Shown here: positions 24,799 through 36,299 of the stretch, one piece after another | Numbering within the stretch: the stretch's first letter is position 1 | Layout: each line of letters starts with the position of its first letter | Assembly: GCF_016432865.1 (NCBI RefSeq) | Contig: NC_067403.1 | Location: 200,322,001-200,386,000, forward strand | Direction of reading: 5' to 3' | Length of the DNA stretch: 64,000 bases | DNA from: Antechinus flavipes | Lineage: Eukaryota | Made by a program: the position numbers and the translations under genes | Notes under the pieces: model-generated | What the model was told of the DNA's origin: nothing | Database searches by the model: none | Seen by the model: the letters and a program-made list of their open reading frames with translations, nothing else

Positions 24799-26975
24799 CC
24801 CTGCGCCCAGGCCTGCAGCAGTGAAAGACCCGAAGAGCACGAGGTCACTATAACTGGAGGCCCCTGGGGCTCCCCACCCCCCAAATCAGCACTGGGTTCA
24901 AGTACAAGCTTCTCATAGAGCAGAGGGGTTTAGTCAAACTCTCCTCCCATTTCATTCCAGAAAAAGGAAGCTAAGGAGCTTGTCGCAGGGCAAATGCATC
25001 TTGGGACTCAGAAGGTTTTATGTCTCTGATGAGACTGGCAAACTTTTACCTGTTCCTTTTTTCTTCCTGATGGGAGTGTGGAGAGGGGGCTGAGTTCAGG
25101 CCAAGATGAGGCTGGAGCACTCCTGAAATCAAGCAGTAAAGATATCCAGGCCAGCCTCCCTCCATGCAGGGACTAGAGGGAGATAAGATGAGTCAGGAAA
25201 CCAGGAGGGCTGGACTGGCCTGGGCAGCAAATGCTACCACCCTTTTCAACCCCCTCCAACCTTCAGCTTGGCGCCTGTAAAAGATCCTGCCGATTCCATG
25301 CCCATCTCCTTGCCAGCCATCTCCCACAGCCACCAAGTCAGCTTCCCAAGGCCTAAGTCTGAGCCTCCCTCCACCTGCCTCCCAAAACCTTCAGGGGCTC
25401 CCTCCCACCTCTTCGGCTAGCATTTATTCCTCCCTAAGTGGATGGGACTTCTTATTCCAATCTTCTCTCAGAATTTCAGAACTCTAACAAGTCCTACCCA
25501 GGGCTCCCCCAAACACGCCACTCCATCTGTTCTTATCAGGGTCTAGATAGTCCCAGATAGTCTTTCTAAGCTTAGTTTAGACACCACTCCTTCTTTGGAG
25601 CCTTCCTGGATTTTCTCCAAGATCTGCCCTCCACCCCCCATGGTTAGTGCTTTCTCTTTTTTCAAATAAACCTTCCATTTCGTTATTTGTAAACATGAAG
25701 ACAAGGGCAATTTCATTTTGGTTTTAATTCCTAGCACCAGTAATCCCCCAATAAATATTCGTTGAATGAACTGAGGATTTACTTCTGAATCAAGATTCCC
25801 TATTTTCTCAAGAATAAAGATAGCAAAGCAGAGACTTGGTATTTTACTTAACATTCTGATACAGGGGAAAGATTATGGATTTGAGGTCATAAGATCTCAG
25901 GGCAAATCTAACCTCTGTCACTTACTACTCGGGTAATCCAGGATAAATCATAACCTTTCAAGGTTTCAACTTCCTCAAATGCAAAGGGAGGGAGTAGGCC
26001 CAGAGGCCCCCAGACATTGCCTCCAACTCCACAGTTATCAGTTTGTGCCTGTGTCTCAATAAGCCCAGGAAAAGGAAGCCTGAGCCCAGACTATGGGCAG
26101 CCTTCCCCTGGTGCCTCGAGGCTATCTTTGGGAGGAACTTTCCCCACCAATTAGTCCCCAATTTATCAGGTTCAATTACCCCAAACCTAAAACAAACAAA
26201 CCAAACCACATCCTTCATTTGACCCTCAAGCTATCCTCCAGCAATAAGCATTTGTTATTAGCCACAGGCCATTCGAATTTTACATAAGGTATATAAGACA
26301 GACCACAGGGGAGAAATAGAGTATAAGGAAGGACTCTGAGATGGGACGGCCCTCACAGCTGGGGACAAAGGCCTCCCCAAGAAGACATTGGAGCTGAGTT
26401 GGAAAGGAAAACACTCCAGGGATGGGGAGTACAAAGTCCCAGGATAAGGAAATAAAGCGTCATGTGTTAGGAGGAGCAATAAACCAATCTAGGACACTCA
26501 GCGTGGAAGAAGATTGGACAGGAAGGATGGGGGCATGTTGGGAAGAACTTGAAATGCCAAACAAAGAACTTTTTATTGGATCTTGGAGGTAAAAGGGACC
26601 CACTGGAACAGTGAGTGGGGGAGAGACAAGGGGTGACAATAGTCAGATGAGCGATGTAAAAGAATCACTTTGGCAGCTGAATGGAAAATGGACTGGAGTG
26701 GGTTGAGTTTTGGGTCACAGATATCAATGAAAAGACTATCACAATAGGTTGGCCAGTGGTGTCAAACTAAAATTGAAACAGGGTCATTAAATCATACATA
26801 AGGATCCCTGCAGGCTGCAAATTGCCTCAATTTTAAAACTATCTATACTAAATCTATACTTGATTGTGTTTGTATTAATTTTGTTAAGTATTTCCTGATT
26901 ATATTTTAATCTGGTTTGGGTGGACTCTTGTCCACATGTCTAATACTAATGATGGGGGCCTGAGCTAGGTGGGCA

Positions 26976-27013
<38 letters not shown>

Positions 27014-27502
27014 GAGAAGGGGGCAGTTCCCAGAGGTGTGGTAGAGAAAGAAATGATGAGATGTGACAAGTGACTGGATATGTAGGTAAAGGAGAAAGAA
27101 GAGTTGAGCTTGATACGAAACTTACAAATGTGGGGTACCCCAAAGGATGGTGATCCCCTAGACAATAAGGGGCAGAAGGGAACAGTTTGAGGAGGAATAG
27201 AGAGAAATTCTGCTTTGGGCTTGTTGAGTTTTAAATGGGTATAGGACATCCAGTTTGAAATATCCATCATGTAGTTAGTGATGCTTGGACTGAAGCTCAG
27301 AAGAGAGATCTGGACCAAACAGGTGGATCTGGGAATCATCTGCATAACTGTTGAGGTCACCAAGTTGAAAGAGAAAAGAGATGAGGGCCCATGACAAAGC
27401 TTTAAAGGACACATAATTAGAGAGTATGATGTAGATAAAGAAAGAGCAAAAGAGACTAAAAAATAGTCAAAGAAGAACATGGTTAAAAGTCAAATGCTGT
27501 AT

Positions 27503-27680
27503 CAGGGCTTCTTAACTTTTCCCACTTGTGACCTCTTTTTGCCACAGAAATTTTTATGCCGCCTTGAGTGCACAGGTATATAAATCAAACATTTACTGGT
27601 AATAAATCATAATTGTGCAATCCCCACATTCAGTTATGAGACCCCATAAGGGGTCAAGAATTACAGCTTAAGAAGCCAGG
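27503..27680. mobile_element. Putative hAT-type MITE (about 180 bp)
   Basis: Imperfect terminal inverted repeats CAGGGCTTCTTAA / TTAAGAAGCCAGG. No clean TSD recovered. Confidence 0.55.
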
Positions 27681-27684
27681 CTGT

Positions 27685-27812
27685 GGGGCAGCTAGTTGGT
27701 GCAGTGGATAGAGCACTAGCCCTGAAGTCAGGAGGACCTGAGGGCCTCAAATATATTTCCTGGCTTTGTGACCCTGGCCAAGTCACTTAACCCCAGTTGC
27801 TTCAGCAAAAAA
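27685..27812 (+). mobile_element. WSINE1-like SINE
   Basis: ggggcagctagttggtgcagtggatagagcac...gtcacttaaccccagttgcttcagc + A tail. Confidence 0.85.
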
Positions 27813-29444
27813 AAGCTAGGTTGTATATATTTCTTCTCTCTGATAAAAAAAAAAAAAAGTCCTAGGGTGTCACCTAACTGGATATCAATATTTTTTATTC
27901 ATTGTTTCGCCACCCACTCATTTGCTCCTCCACCTCCTGCTAGCTTCCAGCTTAAAGGTGCATGCCTTAAGATCACCTCCTAATCTACAAGTTTAATGAC
28001 CATTTCCTCACCCTCATTCTCTTAAGACATTTCTGCAGCATTTGACTTTGAAAACTGATTACTCACATGTTTGGGCCCCAAATGGCTCAAAAGTAAATGT
28101 AAATAGCGATTATTTCTGTTTTGGACAGAAACCTTGAGGGCCTTCCCCTTACAGATTTGTGTCTGTGTATATACGTATTGTATATACGCAATACACACAT
28201 GTATATACACATATAATACACACATATTATATACATATATGTACATATATACGTATACCGTGCATGTTTGTATGATGTGTGTGTATGTATATACATTCAC
28301 ACACACACACACACACACACACATATAATTTTTTAGCCTTCATTACTGATCGGGTGTTGCTTCAACTGCTGAGATCTGTTAAAGACCTTAGCTTTAAAAA
28401 GGCCAAAATTTCCCATTGTATCCAGACCATCTCCAGTTGTACTGATCTGTATCTTGCCACTGGACCCAGATGGCTCTGGAGGGGAAAATGAGGCAGGTGC
28501 CCTTGCACAGCCCTTCCTCACTCAAATCCAATTCACTTGCTTGTTATGGTATCGCCTTCCTGAAGTTCTGGTCATCTTCAAGAACAAAGGACAAATAACA
28601 ACAACATCCCACTTCCCTCCCAGACTATCTTTTCCTTTGCTTTCTGGGGAGTTACTCTCTTCTGAGACCTTTATTTGGCTCCTTGGCAGAATCATCCTTA
28701 AACTTAGCAATGCTGAACAATTCAATTTTTAGTCTTTTTCTCTTATGGGATCAAAAAGCAACCTTAGAGATCATCTCATTCAACCCTTTCATTTTACAAA
28801 TGGAGAAACTGAGGCTCAGAGAAGTCAAACAAATGACCTGCCCCAGATAAGCTGCAGAGCCTGAAACTCAATCCAATTCTTATCCATGATTCAGTGATTC
28901 CACTGTTTCTAGTACAAAATGGCGCCTCTTGGATCTCCACATTCTCTCTTGATCTCAATCACTCCCATCCAATAGCTTTAATGATAACTTCTATTTCTGG
29001 CCTAAAATCTGACTACCTATCCCGTTCTAACGTCTCCCCGAGCCTGACTCTTCAGCTCTGGGGGGGAAGTTTCATCTGGGGTGTTCGGTTGACATCCTTG
29101 GATTCAAGACAAATTCTATTTATCTCAAGCAGAACTCGTTTTGTTCTCCTCTAAACCGGCCCTTCCTCCGGAGTTCCCTGTGGTGTGACAGTATGACAGG
29201 TTTGGGTGAACGGCTGGACCCCAAGAGTTGCCAGTAAAGTTCGATGTCAGCTCGGAAGGAGGGCCCCGATGGAGTGCTCCACGTTCTCGCCTTACTTTTA
29301 GAAAAGCGATGACCTCTTGGCCGTAAAGGGGCTTCGCCTTCAGCTGAAGGGGACAAGGACAAGTTCCTTTTCCCCGACCCCCTCTTCTCCCCTAAACCCA
29401 CCCTCCCTGCCCGGTTTCCGGTAGTTCCACCGACGGCACCGCGG

Positions 29445-29902
29445 CCGCCTCCCTGCATCTCTGCCAGGACGCTCCCTCCTCCCCAAGCCCTCCCTGCCGG
29501 GACCCCAAGGACCGTGTCCCGGCCTCCCCGAATCTCTGCCAGGACGCTCCCTCCTCCCCAAGCCCTCCCTGCCGAGACCCCAAGGACCGTGTCCCGGCCT
29601 CCCTGCATCTCTGCCAGGACGCTCCCTCCTCCCCAAGCCCTCGCTGCCGGGACCCCAAGGACCGTGTCCCGGCCTCCCTGCATCTCTGCCAGGACGCTCC
29701 CTCCTCCCCAAGCCCTCCCTGCCGGGACCCCAAGGACCGTGCCCCGGCCTCCCCGCATCTCTGCCAGGACGCTCCCTCCTCCCCAAGCCCTCGCTGCCGG
29801 GACCCCAAGGACCGTGTCCCGGCCTCCCCGCATCTCTGCCAGGACGCTCCCTCCTCCCCAAGCCCTCGCTGCCGGGACCCCAAGGACCGCGTCCCGGCCT
29901 CC
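29445..29902. repeat. GC-rich minisatellite, 75-bp unit, about 6 copies
   Basis: 'gccaggacgctccctcctccccaagccc...' recurs at 29463, 29538, 29613, 29688, 29763 and 29838, with few substitutions. Confidence 0.97.
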
Positions 29903-30153
29903 GCCAGCGTTTCCTGGGTGGGCAGAAGCGCGGAGGGGAGGACGAGGCAGCGACAGCGGGGTCTCGGGGAGGCTGAGGCCCAGGCCCTGGGCTCGCTCGC
30001 CTCAGACACTCACGGACTGGGGAGAAGAGAAGGGACTCCCTCCACCCGGTCTGCCTCCCTCCTCCACTCGCGGTGCAGCCCTCGGGACCCTCCCCTACGG
30101 GACTTTAGGCGGGAGCCGACGCCGCGACCCACCCAGCAACATCCAGCACTCAC

Positions 30154-30280
30154 CTGCCTCCCGGGGCTGCTCCTTCCGGTGGTCGGTCCGGGGCCACGTG
30201 ACATACCGCCGCCGGCGCCTGAGAATGCTGATTGGGTAGCCCCGAGGGAGGCCCGCCCCCTCCTCGGCCAATAGGGAGAG
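30154..30280 (-). promoter_or_regulatory. CpG-island promoter and probable non-coding first exon (likely of the NAT8-like gene)
   Basis: Perfect donor CAG|GTGAGT on the - strand (last exon base 30154). Also ETS CCGGAAG at 30173-30179, E-box GTCACGTGGC at 30193-30202, two CCAAT boxes (30231-30235, 30268-30272) and a GC box between them. The link to the 24812 acceptor is inferred. Confidence 0.6.
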
Positions 30281-30975
30281 TAACAGAAAGGGGTGGGGCC
30301 ATATCTTCCTGCTCTCCTCGGCCGCACACGTGGGTGAGAGGTCTGCGTTCCCTCCCTGCATCCGGAGCTTGAGCATCCTCGGAGCGTCCAGGCCGGCTCA
30401 CACACCCTCGGAGGTGGGCGCTTAACGGGCGGCACTGGCTTCGCTCGTAGCATGCCAGAACCGGCCAGAGGGCTTTCTTGGTGAAGATGCTGGAGCAGAT
30501 TAATGCAAACAGGGTTAAGGGACTTGTCCCGGGTCACACGGCTAGGAAGTGTCGGAAGCCAGACTCCTGGCCCAAACTGAATGCACCGAGCTACCTAGCT
30601 GCCAGCATACAGCAGGCACTTAATAAATGCATCAATAATAATAATAATGATGATGATGATGATGACGATGTTTGTTCAATTGCATTGGACTCTGTGACCC
30701 AAATTGGGGTTTTCTTAGCGAAGATTATGGAGTGGTCTGCCATTTCCTTCTCCAGCTTATTTTACAAATGAGGAAACTGAGGCAAACAGGGTTAAGGGAC
30801 TTGCCCAGGATTAATGCATTGGACTCTGTGACCCAATTTATTTTATAGATGAGGAAACTGAGGCAAATGGGGTTAAGCAACTTGCCCAGGGTCACATGAC
30901 TAGTAAGTATCTGAGACTGGATTTGAACTCTGGTCTTTCTGACTCCACGCCCAACACTTTACTGTGACACGAAGA

Positions 30976-31135
30976 NNNNNNNNNNNNNNNNNNNNNNNNN
31001 NNNNNNNNNNNNNNNNNNNNNNNNNNNNNNNNNNNNNNNNNNNNNNNNNNNNNNNNNNNNNNNNNNNNNNNNNNNNNNNNNNNNNNNNNNNNNNNNNNNN
31101 NNNNNNNNNNNNNNNNNNNNNNNNNNNNNNNNNNN
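30976..31135. other. Assembly gap (160 N)
   Basis: Run of N bases. Confidence 1.
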
Positions 31136-33805
31136 TCTTATCCTCCACCTCTTCCTGAATCCTTTTGCTTGTTGCCTTCCCTTCAGATTAAAAGTTTCTT
31201 CAGGACAAGAATTGTCTTTTTATTAATTGTGTCCCCATTCCTTAACACTAACCTCAAATGAAATAGGCTCTTATTGGATTGGATTGGATCCTCACACCAA
31301 CCCTCAGGAGGTAGGCACTATTATAACCGCATTCTATAGAGGAGGAATGGTTGACGCTGGAATCATCTAGCTACCCGCCAGAAAGACACGCACATCTAAA
31401 GACAGGGAGCCCATTATCTGTGGAGGTAACTCCTTACCTTCATTGTTTGAAGTTTTATAAAGTGTTCTTGCTGGTGGTGGGCTTAGTTTGAGTGTTACAA
31501 ACTTCACAAAATTTCAGACTCTGGGAGCTGAAAGACTCTAATCCAACCATTACTTCAACAATAATCTCTTTTGTTGCTTCCAACTTTATGTTAAAGAAAG
31601 CTGAAAAACTCACCACCTTTTGAAGAAACCTATTTCACTTTCCTTCTCACTAATAAGTTTATTCTCACACCAAATCTAAATCTGACTCTCTTTGATAGCC
31701 ACCCATCAGCCCTAGTTCTATCCTCTGGGACCTAGTAAAATAAAACTAACCTCTTTTGCATGAGATAATCCCTAACTTTCCTGTTACCAGAGAGATCTCT
31801 TCTCTGATTTAAACATGCTTATTCATCTGACAAAGGAATCTTACTATCTAGACCAACCTCCTTCATTTTATAGAAGAGGAAATAACTCCAGAGAGTTTAG
31901 ATAACTGAGCAGATATCACAGAGATAGTAGCTGACAGGATTTGAATTCAGTTCCCTGATTTCAAATCAAATATAGTACTCTGTGAACTTCAACGTGGCTA
32001 CCCTTCTCTGGATAATCTCCAGTTAATCCACATCCTTCTCAAAATTGCTCTGGAACTGAACACTAAATTATAGACCAGGGTGGAATTTGGGAGAATGACC
32101 TCCTTCTTAGTCTTGAACCCTATCTCTTTCTTTATGCAGCCTAAAATTGAAAAAGCTTTTTTTTTTTTTTTTGCTATTGTATCATTCTATCCTGTTGACT
32201 CATATGGAGCCTGTAATCCACGAAAGCCCCAAAATATTTTTCAGATGAGTGATTATCTAGCTATGTTTCCCTTCATCTTGTACTTGCAAAAGTCATCTTT
32301 TTTTTTTTTAATCCTACATATAAAACTTTGCATTTGGTCCTATTAAATTTCATCTTATATTCAGCCCAGGGTTATTGTTTGTCAAGGTTTTGTTCTGTTT
32401 TCTTTTAGTTTGGAATGTGATTGTTATCCAGCAAGTTAACTATCTCTCCTAGCTTTGTAATTTCAAAATTTAGCAAGCATCCCATCTATCCCTGTATCAA
32501 AGTCCATGAAAAAATGTCAGAGGGCACAAAGTCAAGTAGAAATAGATCCCTGGGGCACTCCATTAGAGACCTTCTTCTAAGGAGTTGATATACAACTCTA
32601 GTTGGTGCTTGAGTTTCACTTTGGAGGGAGTGGAGGGGGGGAGCTGAAGGCAGCTGAATGATCCAGGAAGTTGTCACAAAGGGAGAAACATTCTAAGACA
32701 GTAAATCCTATATTAGATTGGAGGATATGGAATTCATGTATGAGCACATAGGTCTAAGATTCTCTTTTTTCTTGCATTGTCCTTGACAGATTTCCTAATT
32801 TCCATGCTGGGAATGGGAAGCAAAGCATTGGACAGAATTCCTATTCACTATATGAGCGTTGCTGTTGTTATTCAGTTATGTCCAATTCTTTGTGATCTCA
32901 TTTGGGTTTTTTTGGGCAGATATACTGGAGTGATTTGCTATTTGCTTTTCCAGATCATTTTACAGAAGGGAAAACTCAGGCTGACAGGGACTAGTTTACC
33001 GACACACATCCAGTAAGTGTCTGAGGCCAATTTTGAACTCGGGAAGAGGAATCTTGCTGGATCCAGACTGGGGTTGTCCCACCTATTTGCCTTGTAACAA
33101 CTAACATGAGGGGCCAGGACTAGTAAACTGAATCAACCCAAGACCCTCTGCGAGTGACTTGGCCTGCAGGAAGGGACATAACCATCACTATAGAGCCAAG
33201 CTCTGACTCTGGAGTGTAGGAACACAACATTTTTCCTATCATTTTTTTTTTAAACAACAAGGTCACAAAATGTCCAATAACTATTTTCCTGTGAATGTGG
33301 GGGGTTCTTTCAAATAGAAAGAGATGGTTCTAAGAAGGTTATACTGATGTCAGATATGGATGACTACTGTTGCCTGGGAAAGCAGTCCTAAGAAAGTGGC
33401 GATCAGAGGAGATGGCATAGGGAAAAGAGTACAAGGAACCCCTGCCCTGGGGAACAACCAATCAGGGCCTAGAAGGGAATAATGAGTCTGCACTGGGTAG
33501 TTAAGATCAGCACCTTCCCCAAACCTAATTGGCTGGTGCAAAGACTGGAAGATGGATCCACCTTCTGACACCTGACTCAATGGGACACAGGTTCCCCCCC
33601 AATGCTTTAAGATTTTAAGATTTTCCCAAAGTTTACTGGAAGCAAATGAGTAAATTTATGATTAAATTAATCATACATTCTATACAAATGTCTTATTTTT
33701 AAACTTTAGTCCAAGAGGAGAAAAACCAGAACCAAGACACTAGGAGATGGAGGTCCTGAAAAAGCTCTTGAGCATTGGTGTTCAATCAACTGTCTTTCAT
33801 CAGAC

Positions 33806-33863
<58 letters not shown>

Positions 33864-34539
33864 CTATACACATATTAGGGGGAAACTTTCCATACCTGGT
33901 CAAACTAGCTACCAGTCTACATGTGAGGCCATCTTCTCTCTACTCTTATTAAAGAACTAGTTAGTGAACATCTCAGAAATGAAACCATGACCACAAGGAT
34001 CCAATATGGCTTCACCAAGAAAAAGTCAGACTAACTTTATTTTCTTTTTTGACAGAGTTACTTAACTGATCTATCAGTGTTTTGCTGCACATTTTTAGCA
34101 AAGCATTTAAAAAAAATTAATGATATTCTTATAGATAAAATGAAGAGACATAGGTTATATAGTATTATGACGACATGACTGGAACTGAATGGCTGGACCC
34201 AAAGAATCGTCATTATTGATTCATTGTCATCTTAGAAGGAGGTCTCCAGTGAAGTGTCCCAAATCATCTCCTCACTGCACTTTTATCAAACCAGATGACT
34301 CCTTGGGTAGCTCATAATGGAGGTTCTCCTTCAGGTTTAAGTTGGGCTAGATGACCACTGAGTTTCCTTTTAACTCTGAAATTCTGTAGTTTTATGAAAT
34401 GTTCTTGATGAAATTTTGTGATCACTGCTTCCTTTTCTAAATAGTCACCAACCATCCCTTTCATACTCTGTGTTAGAATTTTCACAGCAAAACAATGTCT
34501 ACAGCCAGTGTTTCTGATAAAGGCCTCATTTTAAAAATA

Positions 34540-35542
34540 TATGGAGAATTGAATCAAATTAATAAGAATATAAGTCCCCAATTGATAAATGCTGAAAGAA
34601 TATGAACAGATAATTTTAAGAAGAAATTAAAGCTATCACATGAAAAAATATTCTCTAAGCAAATCACAACAACTCTGAGGTACCACCTCACATCTTTCAG
34701 ATTGGCTAAGGTGACAGAAAAAGATAATGATAAATGTCTGAGGGATGTGGGAAACCTGGAACAAGAGTGGGTTGTTGGTGGAATTGTAAACTGACCCAAC
34801 TATTCTGAAGAGCAATTTGGAACTATGCCCAAAGGGCTATAAAACTGTGCATACTCTTTGATCCAGCAGTGCCAATACAGAGTCTATTCCAAAGTGATTA
34901 TAGAGGAGGGGAAAGAACCAATATGTGCAAAAATGTTTATAGCAGTTCTTTTTGTGGTGGCAATGAATTGGAAATTGAGTGTATACCCATCAATTGAGAG
35001 ATGAGTGAATAAGATGGGGGTATTTGAATGTAATGGAATACTACTGTTCTATGAGAAATGATGAGCAGGCTGACTGCCGAAAAGCCTGGAAAGACTTAAA
35101 TTAACTGATCCTAAGTGAAGTGAGCAGAATACAGAGTAACAGCAGCATTGATGATCATCTATGACAGACGTAGCTCTTCTCAGCAATACAATAATCCAAG
35201 ACAATTCCAATAGACTTGGGATGGAAAATACCATTAGCATCCAGAGAAATAATTATGGAGACTGAATATGAATCAAAGCATATTCTTTTTCACCTTTTTT
35301 TGTTTCTTTCTTGTGGTTTTTCCCTTTTGTTTTTATTTTCTCTTTCACAATATGACTAATATAGAAATATATTTAAAATGATTGCACATTTATAACCTAT
35401 ATCAATATAATTAAGATATGTATAAATATGTACATACATATTATGTATAATATAAAAGTTTACAAAATCTTACAAAAATAATGTTAAAAATTATCTTCAT
35501 GGAATTGGAAAAAATAAAATACTATTAAATGAAAAAAAAAGG
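34540..35542 (+). mobile_element. Older LINE-1 3' end (degenerate ORF2 end + 3'UTR)
   Basis: L1-like sequence (ctgagg taccacctcacatct...gatccagcagtgcca...) ending in an A-rich tail. Boundaries approximate. Confidence 0.8.
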
Positions 35543-35679
35543 AAATTTCCCAGCAAAGTAGAGCTCATTGTCCTATAGTTTGCAGACTCTATTCTTTTCC
35601 TTTTTAAAAAAAAAATGTATTTCTCTTTCATTAGTTGTATAGAATTTCACTAACTTTTTTTAACATTTCATTTTTTATG

Positions 35680-36299
35680 TTTGTGGCAGCCCTGTTTGTA
35701 GTGGCTAGAAGCTGGAAAATGAAAGGATGTCCATCAATTGGAGAATGGTTGAGTAAATTGTGGTATATGAATGTTATGGAATATTATTGTTCTGTAAGGA
35801 ATGACCAGCAGGATGAATACAGAGAGGACTGGCGAGACTTACATGAACTGATGCTGAGTGAAATGAGCAGAACCAGGAGATCATTATATACCTCAACAAT
35901 GATACTGTTTGAGGATGTATTCTGATGGAAGTGGATCTCTTCGATAAAGAAAGCCTTAATTGATCAAAGATGGACAGAAGCAGCTACACCCAGAGAAAGA
36001 ATACTGGGAAATGAATATAAACTGCTTGCATTTTTGTTTTTCTTCCCGGGTTATTTATACCTTCTGAATTCAATTCTCCCTGTGCAACAAGAAAACTGTT
36101 CGGTTCTGCACACATATATTGTATCCAGGATATACTGTAACCTATTCAACATGTAAAGGACTGCTTGCCATCTGGGGGAAGGGGTGGAGGGAGGGAGGGG
36201 AAAAATCGGAACAGAAATGAATGCAAGGGATAATGCTGCAAAAAATTACCCTGGCATGAGTTCTATCAATAAAAAGATATTTAAAAAAAAACAAAACAA
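35680..36299 (+). mobile_element. Young 5'-truncated LINE-1 (ORF2 C-terminus + 3'UTR + A-tail) with 18-bp TSD
   Basis: Encodes MFVAALFVVARSWK..CPSIGEWLSKLWYMNVMEYY (L1 ORF2p C-terminus). Flanked by aacatttcattttttatg at 35662-35679 and 36300-36317. Confidence 0.95.

Noticed and set aside
26965-27480. 171-aa - strand ORF
   Set aside because: It lies in a degenerate L2 relic plus a microsatellite. Any coding resemblance is residual LINE ORF2.
29120-30239. Four long ORFs (173-241 aa) across the 75-bp repeat
   Set aside because: They are stop-free only because the GC-rich unit is a multiple of 3. They are open in several frames at once and show no domain or splice support.
30193-30272. ER-stress element (ERSE) in the NAT8-like promoter
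   Set aside because: CCAAT and CCACG are present, but not at the required CCAAT-N9-CCACG spacing.
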